DNA of 64,000 nt from Rhina ancylostomus (taxonomy: Eukaryota). Under the pieces are notes generated by a model. The model was not told the DNA's origin. It did no database searches and saw nothing but the letters and a program-made list of their open reading frames with translations. The stretch covers positions 16,397,065 through 16,461,064 of the forward strand of contig JARFYF010000056.1 of assembly GCA_030265395.1 (NCBI GenBank), given 5' to 3'. Positions 25,706-39,200 of the stretch are shown here, piece after piece; positions within the stretch are counted from its first letter, which is position 1; each line of letters opens with the position of its first letter. A program made the position numbers and the translations under genes.

Positions 25706-27208
25706 TCACAGGGTCAACAACTTAATCAAACACTTTGTTAAAACACATGAAAGGAAACAATTTACCCAGATATTAAATACATCATTATGTAGACACATTA
25801 GCATAATGGTAGACTGAAGACAGGAGATCTGCACAAGAACCTGTAAACTGTAAAATTTTATCTCTTTCTTTCAATGTATATTATGTAAATATATGTATTA
25901 GCTGAAACCTCTGTCTTTATTAAGGAAGTTCTCCTTATGTGATAAAAAAGCTTGTGTTGGTGACCTGGAAGCTAATCTTTAACTGTTAGAGGCTCCAGGA
26001 TAATCCTGGAGTGTTGGGAAGCCCAATTCGTGGAACTGTTTCAGCATCATTCATAGAAACACAAGTTTCCAGTAAAAGTAACTGATGATTTAGATGGATT
26101 GAAGAGATAACTGATGAGGAAAGGAATAAAGCAGTCTGTCATTAGGGAGCCATGAGATAAACAGAGTGGAGGAGGTTTGTGTGGTGTATTTAACTGACCT
26201 GTTTCTGCCCTATAAACTCAGTTTATATAAAGATGGAAGATGGAGAATCTACACTTTACCACTGTTGATTGCACAGGCCCAAAATGAATAGCTCTTCCTT
26301 TCAAAATCTGATATGACTTGGCCCAAAGTTTAACTAGCAACAGACAGGATGACAGTGGATATTGCTGAAGTTTCTGAAGGTCACAGCTTAAACACTGTTC
26401 CATTACCAAAATGCTGGACAGAAAGTTGAGGTTTTGAAAAATATTCAGTGACCTCACTCCTAATGTCACTGGCTTCGTCAGATCAGATTCTGGTGAACTG
26501 ACATTTTAACATCTCTGGGTCTTGCTATTACTTGCAGAAAGCACATAAGCTATTTTCAGATAACTACTGCTATATATCCTTAGAAGGATGTATTGCGGGT
26601 TGTTTTGTGACACATTAACTTTCCAGCAATTGTATTTACCTATTTTTGATTTGCTCAGACAGCTTTGTGCCAAACCAGATANNNNNNNNNNNNNNNNNNN
26701 NNNNNNNNNNNNNNNNNNNNNNNNNNNNNNNNNNNNNNNNNNNNNNNNNNNNNNNNNNNNNNNNNNNNNNNNNNNNNNNNNTGAATCAGCTTTGGGGTGA
26801 CTTACACCCAGAGAGAAGTGCTAAATATGACCTGCACAGTCTCCAACAGGACCACACTCAATGCAGCTGACTGCGGAGAAGGGAGCATCTTCCCCAGGGC
26901 AGCAGCTTGTATTATGGCTGCCATGGAGAAATGAGAGGGGGCAGAGGAAAGGGAGACAGCTCCAGGACATTTGGAAAGGACCTTGAGATAAATACCATCA
27001 GCAAAATCCTGTGTGCTAGGGTTGGAGTGGGGACAAGTGGGCAACAGTCCCAATTGGACAAACAAGAAGAGCTGGGCAGGAGTGACTGGAATGGTCTCCT
27101 CCAGGAGGGAGAATCCCCAGACAAAATATTTCTTGTTCTCACTAAATATGTCAAAGTGAACCACGCAAGAACACTGTTTACTTATGCATGTGCCCATACA
27201 TACACTAC

Positions 27209-27243
27209 ATACACACGCGCGCGCACGCACACACACACACACA
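27209..27243. repeat. Alternating purine-pyrimidine (CA/CG) tract
   Basis: atacacacgcgcgcgcacgcacacacacacacaca. Confidence 0.8.
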
Positions 27244-30200
27244 TCCCACTTAGCCCCTCTACCCCACACAACAGTCAAGCCTTCAAATATATGATAATGA
27301 AATAGTTTAAGCAGCACCTTCCATTCTGCCCAACCACTTGGTCCATGAAGCACCATATGCTTCACCTGTATGTGCATCCCACATTGGCCTGTTGAACTCA
27401 CAGAACTAGATTGGAAGTAAGTCATCCTTCACTTCAACTCACTAGCTGGTTGCAGTCTGGCACCAGATGTGGGGAATTTGCTGAAGGGGCTCGCTGGTGA
27501 GGGCTACAGGGGCCATGCACCATACTGCCAGAGGACTCAAATGATCCACTTATTTAAGTGGATAGAATGAAGAAGGTAGGATTGTTCCCCTTGGGAAAGA
27601 GGAGGTTGCAAGGAGATATGATAAAGATATTTAAAGTCACAACGGGTATACACAGAGTATAGATAGAGAACAATTGTTCCTATCAGCAGGGGTCACAAAC
27701 TAGGGGATATAGAATGAAGGTGATTGGCAAAAGAACCAATAGCAACATGAGGNNNNNNNNNNNNNNNNNNNNNNNNNNNNNNNNNNNNNNNNNNNNNNNN
27801 NNNNNNNNNNNNNNNNNNNNNNNNNNNNNNNNNNNNNNCCTGAAAGGAAACAAATTACTGTGGGGAGAGGATGGGAGAGTGGAGTGGAACTAACTGGATG
27901 TGGACTAATTATTAGCAGAGCTGATGTCACAGGGCATCCTACTCCCCTCTGAAAAGTGGTGATGCAATGATAGTTAATTCAGGATGGACAACATTCCTTG
28001 GACAAAAGCTCCCTTATGCTGCCCCTACTGTGCATTCAGCCTCCCAATGTCCCAGTGAAAGCTATCATTAGGAAAGAGCAACCTTGATAGGATGGTCTGA
28101 ATTTCAAATGTTGAGATTGAGAATGCCAGTTATCTTCTGATTCATTTCAGTTGTACGTGACTGCAATTTTGTTTAATTCTGTTAAGTGTTGGCCACACTC
28201 AAGGACTTCACATTATGTTTTAGGATCCCCAACCCAACAGCTCAGAAACCCACCTGGATGGTGTACAATGGAATTCCATGGTCTCACCATTCTCTGAGTA
28301 AATATGTTTAAGCCAGACCCGTGTTTCAAATTGTTTTCAGTACTGCAGCCTTCCAGTTTACCAATTCATTGTTGAGGGGTATAAGGCAATGCCAAACTCC
28401 AATAAACAATCTGAGTCTTCTCCTCTATAGCTACTCTACACTCTGTTTAGTTTCTGTGTAAGGTGGTAGCTCCCAGGCCCCAGTGTCACCAAATCATATG
28501 TTCATGTCCTACTCCTGAAACTAACACATACAAACTGCACTGGGCCTCCTACCTGGGATTATTTTGAAAAAGAATAAAGGGGTTCTCCCCAGTGTACCAG
28601 CCAATATTTATTCACTAGCAAGCCAAATTATCCTGTTGTGGGATCTAGCTATATGCAAATCACCGACCAAATTTCCTTCAACAGTGATGACACTTCACAT
28701 ATATGTCATTGGCTGTGAAGCATTTCTGGAAGTGCTGAGCTTTGAAAGGTCCCATGAAAAGATATACTTCTCTATTCATGTTGCTACTTTAGGACTGCAG
28801 TTGCCCAAATGTGCCTTTTTGCAGCATTTTCTCTTCTCTCCCCTCAGTTATGATTTTTGTTTCTCCATTTCCATTCAGGTTCTTGGATACCAAGGAACAT
28901 GAGGTAAGTGCAGGAAGGTAGGATTTAGCTAAAAGATCAGATAGGATCTGTTTGGATGGTACAGGGTAGGGCAGAACAGGTTTGAAGGACTTAAGAGGCT
29001 CCTCCTGATTCTATTTCTTATGATCTTATGCTCCTATTTAAACTGGCACTGAGTTCCAGGCACAATCTCTGACATCATTTTGATCTTTCCAGTCTTTCAT
29101 ATTTTTCTCACTAATGTGCTGAACTTTGCTTAAAAAAAACAAACGTCAGCAAGCTGGTCAGTTCTTATGCTTACTAAATGAACAAGGAATAAAGATAGAT
29201 CCAGATTAGATTTACATTCGATCACATCCATTGTGCTATTTCTACCCTGGTGCCAGCATCTGCATTGGACATGAATGGTTGTCAATACAAAAAAGAGTCA
29301 ACAGTTAATAATGTGAGACATGTAAATGAACATTGCCAAATATTTCATTAATTAGTTTATTGAGTTTCATAGTAATAAATAACTTACAAAATCTGTAGAA
29401 TAAATCCTTTTACAATTTAAATATATTGATATTTGAGCAATTGATAAAACAGATTTTCAATTCAACTTTCTGGTAGACTAGCACATTTCCACGGAGCCAT
29501 CAGCATGCTGGATGTCATTCTTGTTGTTCTTTCTGTGCTGGCTCTTTGAGAGATCTAAATAATGTCCCACCCCGTGTCCCCCCCATCAAAGTTCTGCAAA
29601 TCTTTCCTTTCCAAGTAATATCCAATCCAAAAGTTATTGTTTCATCTGCTTTCCCACCCTTTCAATGCAATCCACATCAGAACTTATATAAAAATATACT
29701 AATTTTTCCTCTTGTTCTTTTACCAAATTTTATAAATTTGCATCCTCTAACTACTGATTCTCTTGCCAATGGAGAACTTTGAATACCTCTATTAAATATC
29801 TCACCTTAACCTTCTTTGCTTGAGGGAGAATAACACCAGCATCTCCAGACATGCCTCATCCCAGGTACAACTCTAATAAATCTCCTCTGCATCAAGCCTA
29901 AGGCCTTGACAATTCTTCCTGAAGTGTAATGGCCAAATTGGGACACAGTCCTCCTGCAGTGGCTGAACTAATGGTTTAGCATGATTTATACGGTGTCAAC
30001 AAGGCATGTGGAAATTTACTTTCGGCTGGCTTTGGATACCAGGAATATGTTCCAAAAAAATGACTGGTAATTTTCACAGAACATACATTCCTTAGCTCAG
30101 ATCTTGGCAGAAACATTAACCACTCTTTCCCTTTCAGGCGCAGCAAATTTCCGGTATTTATTCAAGATATTCTGATTGGTAACAGGCTGGAATCATTTCA

Positions 30201-30999
30201 CTGACTGAATTGAAACTATTTGACAAAAGGATCATCACCAATGCATCTCCCTCCTACTAAAGTCATTTTTTTTTACTTGTCCTTTCCCTGAGCATAATTT
30301 TAAAATTGAAATTCTTATAGCTGTATGCCCAATTAGCTTTCACAATCTCAGGGTATCTCAAAGTGCTTTTATAGCCAATTAAATATTTCTGAAGTATTTC
30401 AGCATAAGGAAACATTGCAGCCAATTTGCACAGAACAATATCTCCCATACAGCAGTGAGGTAAGTGACCAGATAATCCATTTCGGTGATGTTATGTGAGG
30501 CGGAAAAGTTTGGCTGATCACCAAATAACAAACCAATACTAAGTGAAAGGTGAGATTTGCTGGCTATTAAGCTATATTGTGTTTTTAATCATAAGCCTAA
30601 ACATGCTGCTGATTCATTGAGGTCTAATGATTAATGTTTAATATATAGAGACATTTAGTTTCTAACATTTATTTTCACCACAGATCAAGAAAACCCCCAC
30701 ACTACTGAAGTATGTTCATGAGGAATAGATAACAATGAACATATGGTTCCCAAATTCCTCCACCACTGGAGATTACTTATCTCATACCTGGGTCTGTTGT
30801 AGAATAATTTGGTGAGATTGATTGGAAGATAAATCAAAAACTCCATCGTCATTTGTTCATCTGACCACCACATTGCTGGGAGGTGGAGCTTGGTTATTTT
30901 TTGACTCACAAATCCTTAAAATCTATTTTGTTGAAAAAATAATTAAACAAATGTCTACTGCCCATTCTCAGTTTTTCTTCAAGAAGTGAAAATCAAAAA

Positions 31000-33470
31000 G
31001 AACCAGCTGATGCAGGAAATCTGAAATAAAAACAGGAACTGCAGTCAGCAGGTCAGGCAGCGTCTGTGGAAAGAGAAACAGTTTATGTTTTAGGTAAAAG
31101 GCCCTTCATCAGAACTGGGAAAAAGAGATTATAAAGTTTTAAGTTTGAGATGGTGGTAGTAAGGATAGATAGAACAAAGGGAATTTTTGTGATGAGGTGA
31201 GGTAGGGTTACCATGGGAACGAGTTGTCTGGTCAGAAGAGTTAATGAGGGTGATTATGCTTCTTTGTCTGTGTATTGTGCTTACAGCAGGGCTATGGGAT
31301 ATGCCCAGCTGATCAGGTTATACTAATGCAGAGAGAAAAACTGAGCCAATATCGCAGATGGATGATTACCAGCAGAAATGGCTAGTGCTAATATAGACAG
31401 AAAAAGCAAGTTATCTAAAATTCATTATTGAGTCTGGAAGGCTGCAAGTGCCCAAATATAAGATGAGGCATCATTCCACAAACTTGTGCTGGGCCTCATA
31501 ACAGTGCAGGAGGCTGTGGGCAGACAGGTCAGAGAGGGAGTGGGATGGAAAGTTCAAATAGCAGGAAGCTCAGGGTCACTCCAGTGGATCGAATGTAGGT
31601 GCCTCACAATGTGATCACCCAATCTATGTTTGGTTCCTCCAGTGTGGAGAGACCACACTGTGAACACCTAATGCAGTACACTATATGCTGCTTCACTTTG
31701 AAAGACTGTTCGGGTCCCTGGATGGTGGGAAGAGACAAGGTAAAAGAACAGGTGCTGCAGCTACTGCAGTTACAAGCGAAAGTGCGATAAGATGGGGAAT
31801 GGTTGGTGGGAATGAAAGCAGAAATTGTGAAGGATGATCTGATGATTGCAGGGCAGTAAGTATGGATCTCAGGATGTGATGAGAACAGTGCCTCAAGAAA
31901 CACTGGATAGTTTGAACATACCTGTCACCCTGGGTGAGTCCAAATAGTGAAGGGTAGTATTTGAGCTGAAATCCAAGTGGGATAAGTTGGAACCAAAACT
32001 TTGATAAGGAAAGAGATTTGGCCATAGAAACGAGTTTTGGTTACAATCTGATTGAAGACTAGAAGGGAAACAAACCATTGAAAGTGAACAAGGCAAAAGA
32101 GACAGATGGAAATCCCATCAGGGAATGTTGGAGAGCTTCATAAAGCTTGGCATTCTTGGAAGAGAAGTGGCAGTGAATTCAACAGTAAATGAAAAAGAAG
32201 AAAACTGCAGGTGCTGGAGATCAGAAATAAAAACAAAAAATGCTGGAAAGACTCAGCAGGTCAGGCAGCGTCTGTGGAGAAAGGAACAGTGTTAACATTT
32301 CNNNNNNNNNNNNNNNNNNNNNNNNNNNNNNNNNNNNNNNNNNNNNNNNNNNNNNNNNNNNNNNNNNNNNNNNNTAGGTCAAAGAGAACACCTATGATAA
32401 GGTGAGGCCAGGATTGCCATGGGGATAAATCATCCGGTCAAAAGGGGTAATGGAGGCAGATGGTATTTATGTTTCTTTTGTCAGTGTTATGTGTTGTTAA
32501 TAGCAGGGCTGTGAGACGTGCCCAGCAGGCCAGGCTATGCTAATGGAGAGAGGCAACCTCATCTATTATCACAGATTGATAACCTACAGCAGTAATGGCC
32601 AGTTCTGATACACGCAAAGAAAATAAATTACCTAAAGTTGAAGATTTTGATATTAAGTTTGGAAGGCTGCAACATACCCAGCTGGAAGATGAAATGTCAT
32701 TCCACATGTTTTCAGTGGTTCTTGCTGTGACAGTGCAGCAGGCCACAGACACATAGGTTAGGACGATTCCTTTCCTCCCTCAGATGCTGCTCGACCTGCT
32801 GAGTTCCTCCAGCAGATTGTTGTTCCAGATTCCCGCATCTGCAGTATCTTGTGTTCCAGAGTGGGATTGGGACAAAGAATCAATTTGGCAGGCAACAGAA
32901 AGGTCAGGATTGCTCCCATNNNNNNNNNNNNNNNNNNNNNNNNNNNNNNNNNNNNNNNNNNNNNNNNNNNNNNNNNNNNNNNNNNNNNNNNNNNNNNNNN
33001 NNNNNNNNNNNNNNNNNNNNNNNNNNNNNNNNNNNNNNNNNNNNNNNNNNNNNNNNNNNNNNNNNNCAATGAGACTTTCCATAGAGGAGCCTCTGAAATG
33101 TCATCTTTCTTCCTGAACCATGGCTTCTCCTCTATTGTAGTGGACAGAGCACTTGACCACGTCTTGTGCATTTCCCACACTGCTGCTCCCTCTGCCCCTC
33201 CTGGATAGAGCAAGGATCAAGTTCTCCCGGTCCTCATCTTACACCTAAATTTGCATTCAATTTCTGCCAGCTCCAACAAGATTCCACCACCAGACACATA
33301 TTCCCCAACCCCCATCCTTTCAGCAATCTGAAGGGCTTTCTCTCTTTGCAACTCCCTGGTCCACGTTTCCATCCCCAGCAACCACTCCCTGTCTTATGAC
33401 ACTGCAACCCAGGAGATGAGATGTCTGTCGTTTCACCTTTTCCCTTCCCACCAATGTAAAACATTTTATG
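31000..33470. mobile_element. Decayed Penelope-like element cluster (GIY-YIG and RT-linker remnants, duplicated and inverted termini)
   Basis: Minus ORF 31604-31903 IQGPEQSFKVKQHIVYCIRCSQCGL (GIY-YIG start); plus ORF 32849-33208 ETFHRGASEMSSFFLNHGFSSIVVDRAL; terminal block at ~31000-31500 repeated at ~32200-32755. Confidence 0.75.
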
Positions 33471-33529
33471 AGGTGCAATAATGCAAGCAATTATACAATG
33501 AACAGTAGTGTATTGTGTGGTGTAGAAGC

Positions 33530-34210
33530 AAAGAGGGGTCATGGATTGTACATCTGACAATTAAAAATAGCAGGACAGATCTAGAGGGGGTTATATAGAG
33601 CATACAGAGTGCTTCCCTCTACTAGCCAAGGCACTGAACATCAGAGAAGGAAGATTATTCTAGAATAACACAATTTAGGTGACATTGGTGTGCTACATAC
33701 CATTCTGATCACCACAATGCAGAAAAGATGTAATTTAGAGGAGATTACAGGAATATTGCCATGACTGGAAAATTACTGGGGTAAGTTTGGATAGGCTTGG
33801 GTTGTTTTCGTTGGAACAGAGAAAGCTGAGAGGAAACTTAATTGAGGTGTATAAAATTATGAGAGGCCTAGATAAATAGGAAGAACTTATCTCCCTTGGT
33901 AGAGGGATCAAGAAAAACAAGGGGCATTGATTTAAAGTAATCCATAGCAAGTTCAGAGGGAAGATGAGGAAAATATTTTGCACCCAAGGGATGGTAGGGT
34001 CTGGAGCTCAATATCTGAAACAATGGTAGAAACAGAAATCTTAATCATATTTAAAAAGTGCTCAAACGTGTGCTTAAATAGCCATGACGTGCTGGACTAC
34101 AGACTGAGAGTTGGGATTATAGTGGGATTAGGCTAAGTAACTCTTTTTCAACTGGTCTAGACATGATAGACCAAATGTACTCCTTCTGTGTTGTAAAGTT
34201 TCTATGATTC
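33530..34210 (+). mobile_element. CR1 LINE 3' fragment
   Basis: cttgggttgttttcgttggaacagagaaagctgagaggaaacttaattgaggtgtataaaatt = LGLFSLEQRKLRGNLIEVYKI. Confidence 0.75.
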
Positions 34211-35689
34211 CATGTGGCTGAGTGTCAAGTATTTTCTAAACACGTTTCTGTGAAGTGCCTTGGAACTTTTAACTCTGCTAAAAGCGTTATATAAATACAA
34301 GCTGTCACTGTTGGAATGATAGATTTAAGGCCCGCTCTGCACTTTTATTATCTGTCAAATTGATAATTCAGTTTTATCAAATGTACTTCATATATTTTCT
34401 TAATTGACATCGAATACACCACCACCAAATTTAAACAGCACCCACATACTCTGATCCAAATCATATTTGCTCTTCATCAGATCTTCATATTTCTTACACA
34501 ACAATAATCCCTTATATTCAAAGGAGAAAGTCTAATGTCTCTCACCAGTAAATTGAGCTAAAATCACTAACTGTATTCATAAGTATGTATGTTTGTGTAA
34601 ATGACAGAAAATGAAAAAGCAATACAGCCAGATATGTGAAAGCAAGTATGACACTGTAGTGAAAGAGAGAGATAGAGTCATTTGTATGGATTATATGTGA
34701 GAGAGCAGTATGCAGGTGATTTTAAGAGAGAAATGTCCATGCGAGTGTGAAACAGTCATACAGGAGACCGCCTTCTCCATCCCTGACCACACATAGGCAA
34801 TCCTAACCATGAGTAGTGCAAGGCTGTCAAAGATCTTTCTGCTGACTGCTGCGCAGCTCTGATCCAGATGAATCACCAGCACCAAGAGCAGACTGGACTG
34901 AATTGACGATGACCTTGGACAGAATCTTATCACTGCTTATGCATAAGGGTGATGGTGCCCTTTCTCACGGATTCTAACACGATTACAGCTAGAATCATGG
35001 TGCTCTACACTCCCAGCAGGTTTGGGCCGACTCAGTCTCACAGAGCCAAGTACAACTCAGCTAACAAACTGTAGTTTCCAGTAGCTGTATTTTGCTGTAA
35101 GGAACAGATCGACCATGTCAGCTTATCCAGAGTTAACTGGTAGTCCAGACTCTTCTGTTTGCTGCCATCTAAAACCTTTGAGATGGAGGAGAGGAAGTTT
35201 TAGGAGCCCATGGTGTTTATGGTCTTGAACTAGTATGGTCCACCAAAGAAGAATTTGCAAATCATTAATACATCTTACTGTGAGGACATTATAGAGCCGT
35301 CATCTTCCTTACAGTTACTGATCATATCTCATGCTGCTTCGAAATGTGGACACTGGATCAGAAGGTCACCAAAGAGAGGCTTTCTGGCAATTTCATCTTG
35401 GAGCTCCTCCTCAACATCCAATACATGGACTGCAACAGAAGCAGCTTTTGCATGCTTTTCTAGACGTAGAGTTGGTGTAAATGGGTGTTTGGTCAGTGGG
35501 CCAAAGGCCCTGTTTCCATGCTGTATCTATTTTAGCTCTTTGATTTTGATATAATGTAAATCTTATAAGCAAATTGAATGACATGTCTTGCACTGTGATT
35601 GGCAATATATGAATGTACTGTATTATATTTGCAAATTTTATGTATAAGGTGTATTTTTGGAAAAAGTAGCACTGGAGAGTGAGAGACTC

Positions 35690-36200
35690 TAAAAGCAGTG
35701 TTATAAATGTGAGGGAACAAAAAATAGATGTATGAATTATCAGAAAGTGGATATGTGTGAAAGGTTTGTTATCGTGAAATCAAGAAAGGTTGTGATGGTA
35801 TGAGGCAGGAAGAGGGAATGGTGCGAGAGAGAGAGTAGTGTTTGAAAAAATGAGTGCATGAGAAAAATAGGAAGAGAGTGACATGAGTGTGCATAAGAGG
35901 CACCTCTGTGATAGTCAGAGGCAGGGTCTAAGAGATATGGATCTGTGTGTGAAGAAGAGCCATGGGTGTGCATGAGGGGACAGTCTGAGTCTGTAGTGTG
36001 TGAGGGAGGCATGCAGGCTGTGTGCAATAGAAAGAGGTGAGGATCTGTACCGTTCACTTACAACAGGCCTGTGCTGATCCAGGCCATGAGCATGAGTGGG
36101 GTGTAGTGTATGAGAGAGTGAGAGATCGAGGCGTGTATCTGTGAGTGAGAGCCGCAAGAGTGGTCGTGAATAAAAGAGAATGAGGTGTATACGTGTAGAG
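35690..36200. repeat. GA/GT-rich low-complexity tract
   Basis: Degenerate gagtgtgtga / gagagagagt microsatellite-like sequence, C-poor on plus. Confidence 0.6.
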
Positions 36201-39200
36201 ATTGAGGGGTAGAAATTTAGCATCAGTTTTCAAGAGGGGAGTAACAAGTGAGGGAGGGTCCAGCAGCCAATCAGCACTGGCTGCAGAAAACACTTTTCTC
36301 CCGTTAGAATTTGCGGGTGGGAGACAGTCATCACCCAATAATAACGATCATTCTGATGCAAGCTCTTCAGAAATTCCAGGTTGTTGCTAAACACCAGCCC
36401 CTGGGGTACAGGAGCTGAACAGAGGCGGTGAGGGAAGCCTCCATCCAGCTTGCTGACACTGTCTGTCGCTGCTGAGAGCTGGGGGCAGGGCAATGAGAGT
36501 CACAAACAGCGGCTGGTGCTGCTGCTCTTCACTGCCTGCATCTCCAGCTGACCCACACATCAATTAGTGCCACCTCTGGGTCCACCCCCTGTTTCTCAGA
36601 GGGCCACAAGAGGAGGCAAGGGAAAGTGCCAACACTCTCACGGCTGTAACAGATCAAAATTTCTTTGTCGATTAATATTCAACCAAATGAATATTTGATG
36701 TTACAGCTCATTTTGTACAAAGCTGGTTTTGTACAGATAGATCATTTAATCAACAATCACGGAACATTGCAAATCCTTACTTGCTCAGGGATTTAGTGAC
36801 TAATTAGTGAAGTAGGAACAGGAACTCGAATCTACTCCACCATTCAAGGAGATCGTGGTTGATTGGTCTCTCAACTCCATTTAGTCTCTGCTCTCCTACC
36901 CTCCTATAACACTGATAGATTTTGTTTGGGCGGGAGGGCAACCTCAGCACTCAGAATGTGAGTTTTGACATTTTCAACAAAAACAGAAAATACTGGAAAC
37001 ACGAGCAGGTCAGATGGCATCTGTGGAAAGAGAAACAATTCATGTTTCAGGTTATAGAGTCACACAATATGAATTTAGACCCTTCAGTCCACCACATCCT
37101 TCCAAGCATCAAACACCCATCTGCACCAATCCTATTTTATTCTCTCCANNNNNNNNNNNNNNNNNNNNNNNNNNNNNNNNNNNNNNNNNNNNNNNNNNNN
37201 NNNNNNNNNNGCCAACTAACCCTCCAAATGCTCTGTCTTCGGCATGTGGGAGGAATCCCATGTGTTCACAGAGAGAACGCACAAACTCCACTCAGATAGC
37301 ACTGGAGGTCAGGACTTAACTCAGGTTGCTGGGGTTATGAGGTAGCAGCTCATTTTCTGTTTTTTTTGGTTCAGATTTCCAACATCTTCAGTTTTAAAAA
37401 AAATTTCATTTGATATTTTCAACTTGCCTCAAGACTCAACAGCATTCTGAGACAAAAGTATTGCAAATTTTCATTTACCTTTGCACTGAGAAAGTGCTTC
37501 CTACATAACCCTGAATAATCTGACATTAATCTTAAGGTTAAATTCTCCCTAAATACCCCTCAACTCCATCAATCATGTTCACCTCCTTGGTAATGATCAC
37601 AATTTAGCTTCCTACACTTGAGGTAAAAAGGCAAATGATCCTTCTTATTTCATAATATAGCCAATGTATCTCCCTCCATCCACTATGGACAGTGCAGATG
37701 AAAGCAGCTCTTTCCAAATACCGCAATCAGATTCAACAATGCATACCATTTGACTAATACAGTACTTTTAAGATGGAAAAATGACTTGAGGTGTAACAAG
37801 AATAAATATCTATAGAGCCAAAGGAGATCTTTGGTGGAGGGGGGTAGGTTTGAAGGAATATCTGGAAAGAAGAGAAGAAGTGACAGCATTCCTGGAGAGA
37901 ACTGGATCAGGGAGCGAGACAGTGAAAGCTGGTGGGGCAAAGGGGATGAGGCACAAGGCTGGGTTGTTAGAGGGACTGTGGAGGGGGTGGGGGGCTAGCA
38001 GGGACAGAAAGGAATGCAGAGGTAAGGAGAAACAGAGGCCATGAAGCGTTTAAATTTGGGAATAAGAAATTTAAAATGCAGATTTGAGGACCTGAAGCCA
38101 ATGTAGGTCAGTCATCCAATGAATGAATCATTTAAGAACAAAAGCTGACTTTGAATGTAACAAATGTAACATATGACAAAGACAATGCTTTCACACAAAC
38201 ATTGCGCCCACAAATAAAATGCAGAGCAGCAAGGTTTTAACTGCACCTGTGAAATGGAAACTTTCATCCAAAAATAACAATTGGCCCAAGAACCACTCAA
38301 GATAGACCTGATGTTAAGGAGCTCTTTAATAGACTGACACTACTTACAAATCTGCATTTCAGATCAACACCTACTTATATTGCTAGGGCACTGCAGATAT
38401 GAGAGATGATCATAAGGTGATCATGAGATCAAAGTGCAGACACCCACAGAGGGAGCCCACAACTCCATTCAAAGGCCATGTGGAGAAATGGAACTTTCCA
38501 AATCACTCTTTGCTTTCAATTGTGTCAATAAGAGACAGAATTCAAAGCTGTGGTCTGATATCTTGATAAACATTTTATTCAAAAACATGCCAGCATTTAC
38601 ATATTATAAGGTCATGTAATATTTACTGAAGAAACTGGTTAACTTCACAACGCTGCAAAATTATTTCTGAGTTATCACCTGAGGCGATAAAGATCAATGA
38701 GAAAATAGGAAGGCAAAAATTATGTTGGCCTTCACTGCAAGAGTAGAAACATTTTGCTCCAATTATATAGGGCCCCGGTGAGACTATGTCAGGAGTATTG
38801 TGTGCAGGTCTGGTCCATAGTAAGCTGTACTTCCAAGGTTTGTCCACGGCTATTCAGGTCTGGATAGATGCAGAGTACTGTGGTCAGTTAACATTTTTGC
38901 TCTGTTATAACCGACTTCCTGCTGCTACAGCCAAGTTACACAATGACTGGGGTAAAACCGAGAAGATGGAAAAGATACAGACAGCATCAGCAAGTGGAAA
39001 CTCATTTAATCAAAATGTTTGAGGAACTGAAAAACAAGCCAAGAGCAGGACAGCTGAGACCAAGAAGTGATCCTATTTCAACTGCACCAGGTTTATTCCT
39101 AGTGAAAGATGATCGGTGTACTCAGTACACACACATATTTACATTGCCTCATAGAATGAATGTTAGATACAATTCTCACAGTCTCAAATCCAAAGTATTT

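Noticed and set aside
26802-27425. 207-aa and 132-aa ORFs in the intron
   Set aside because: Span a CA/CG microsatellite; no domain or convincing splice pattern
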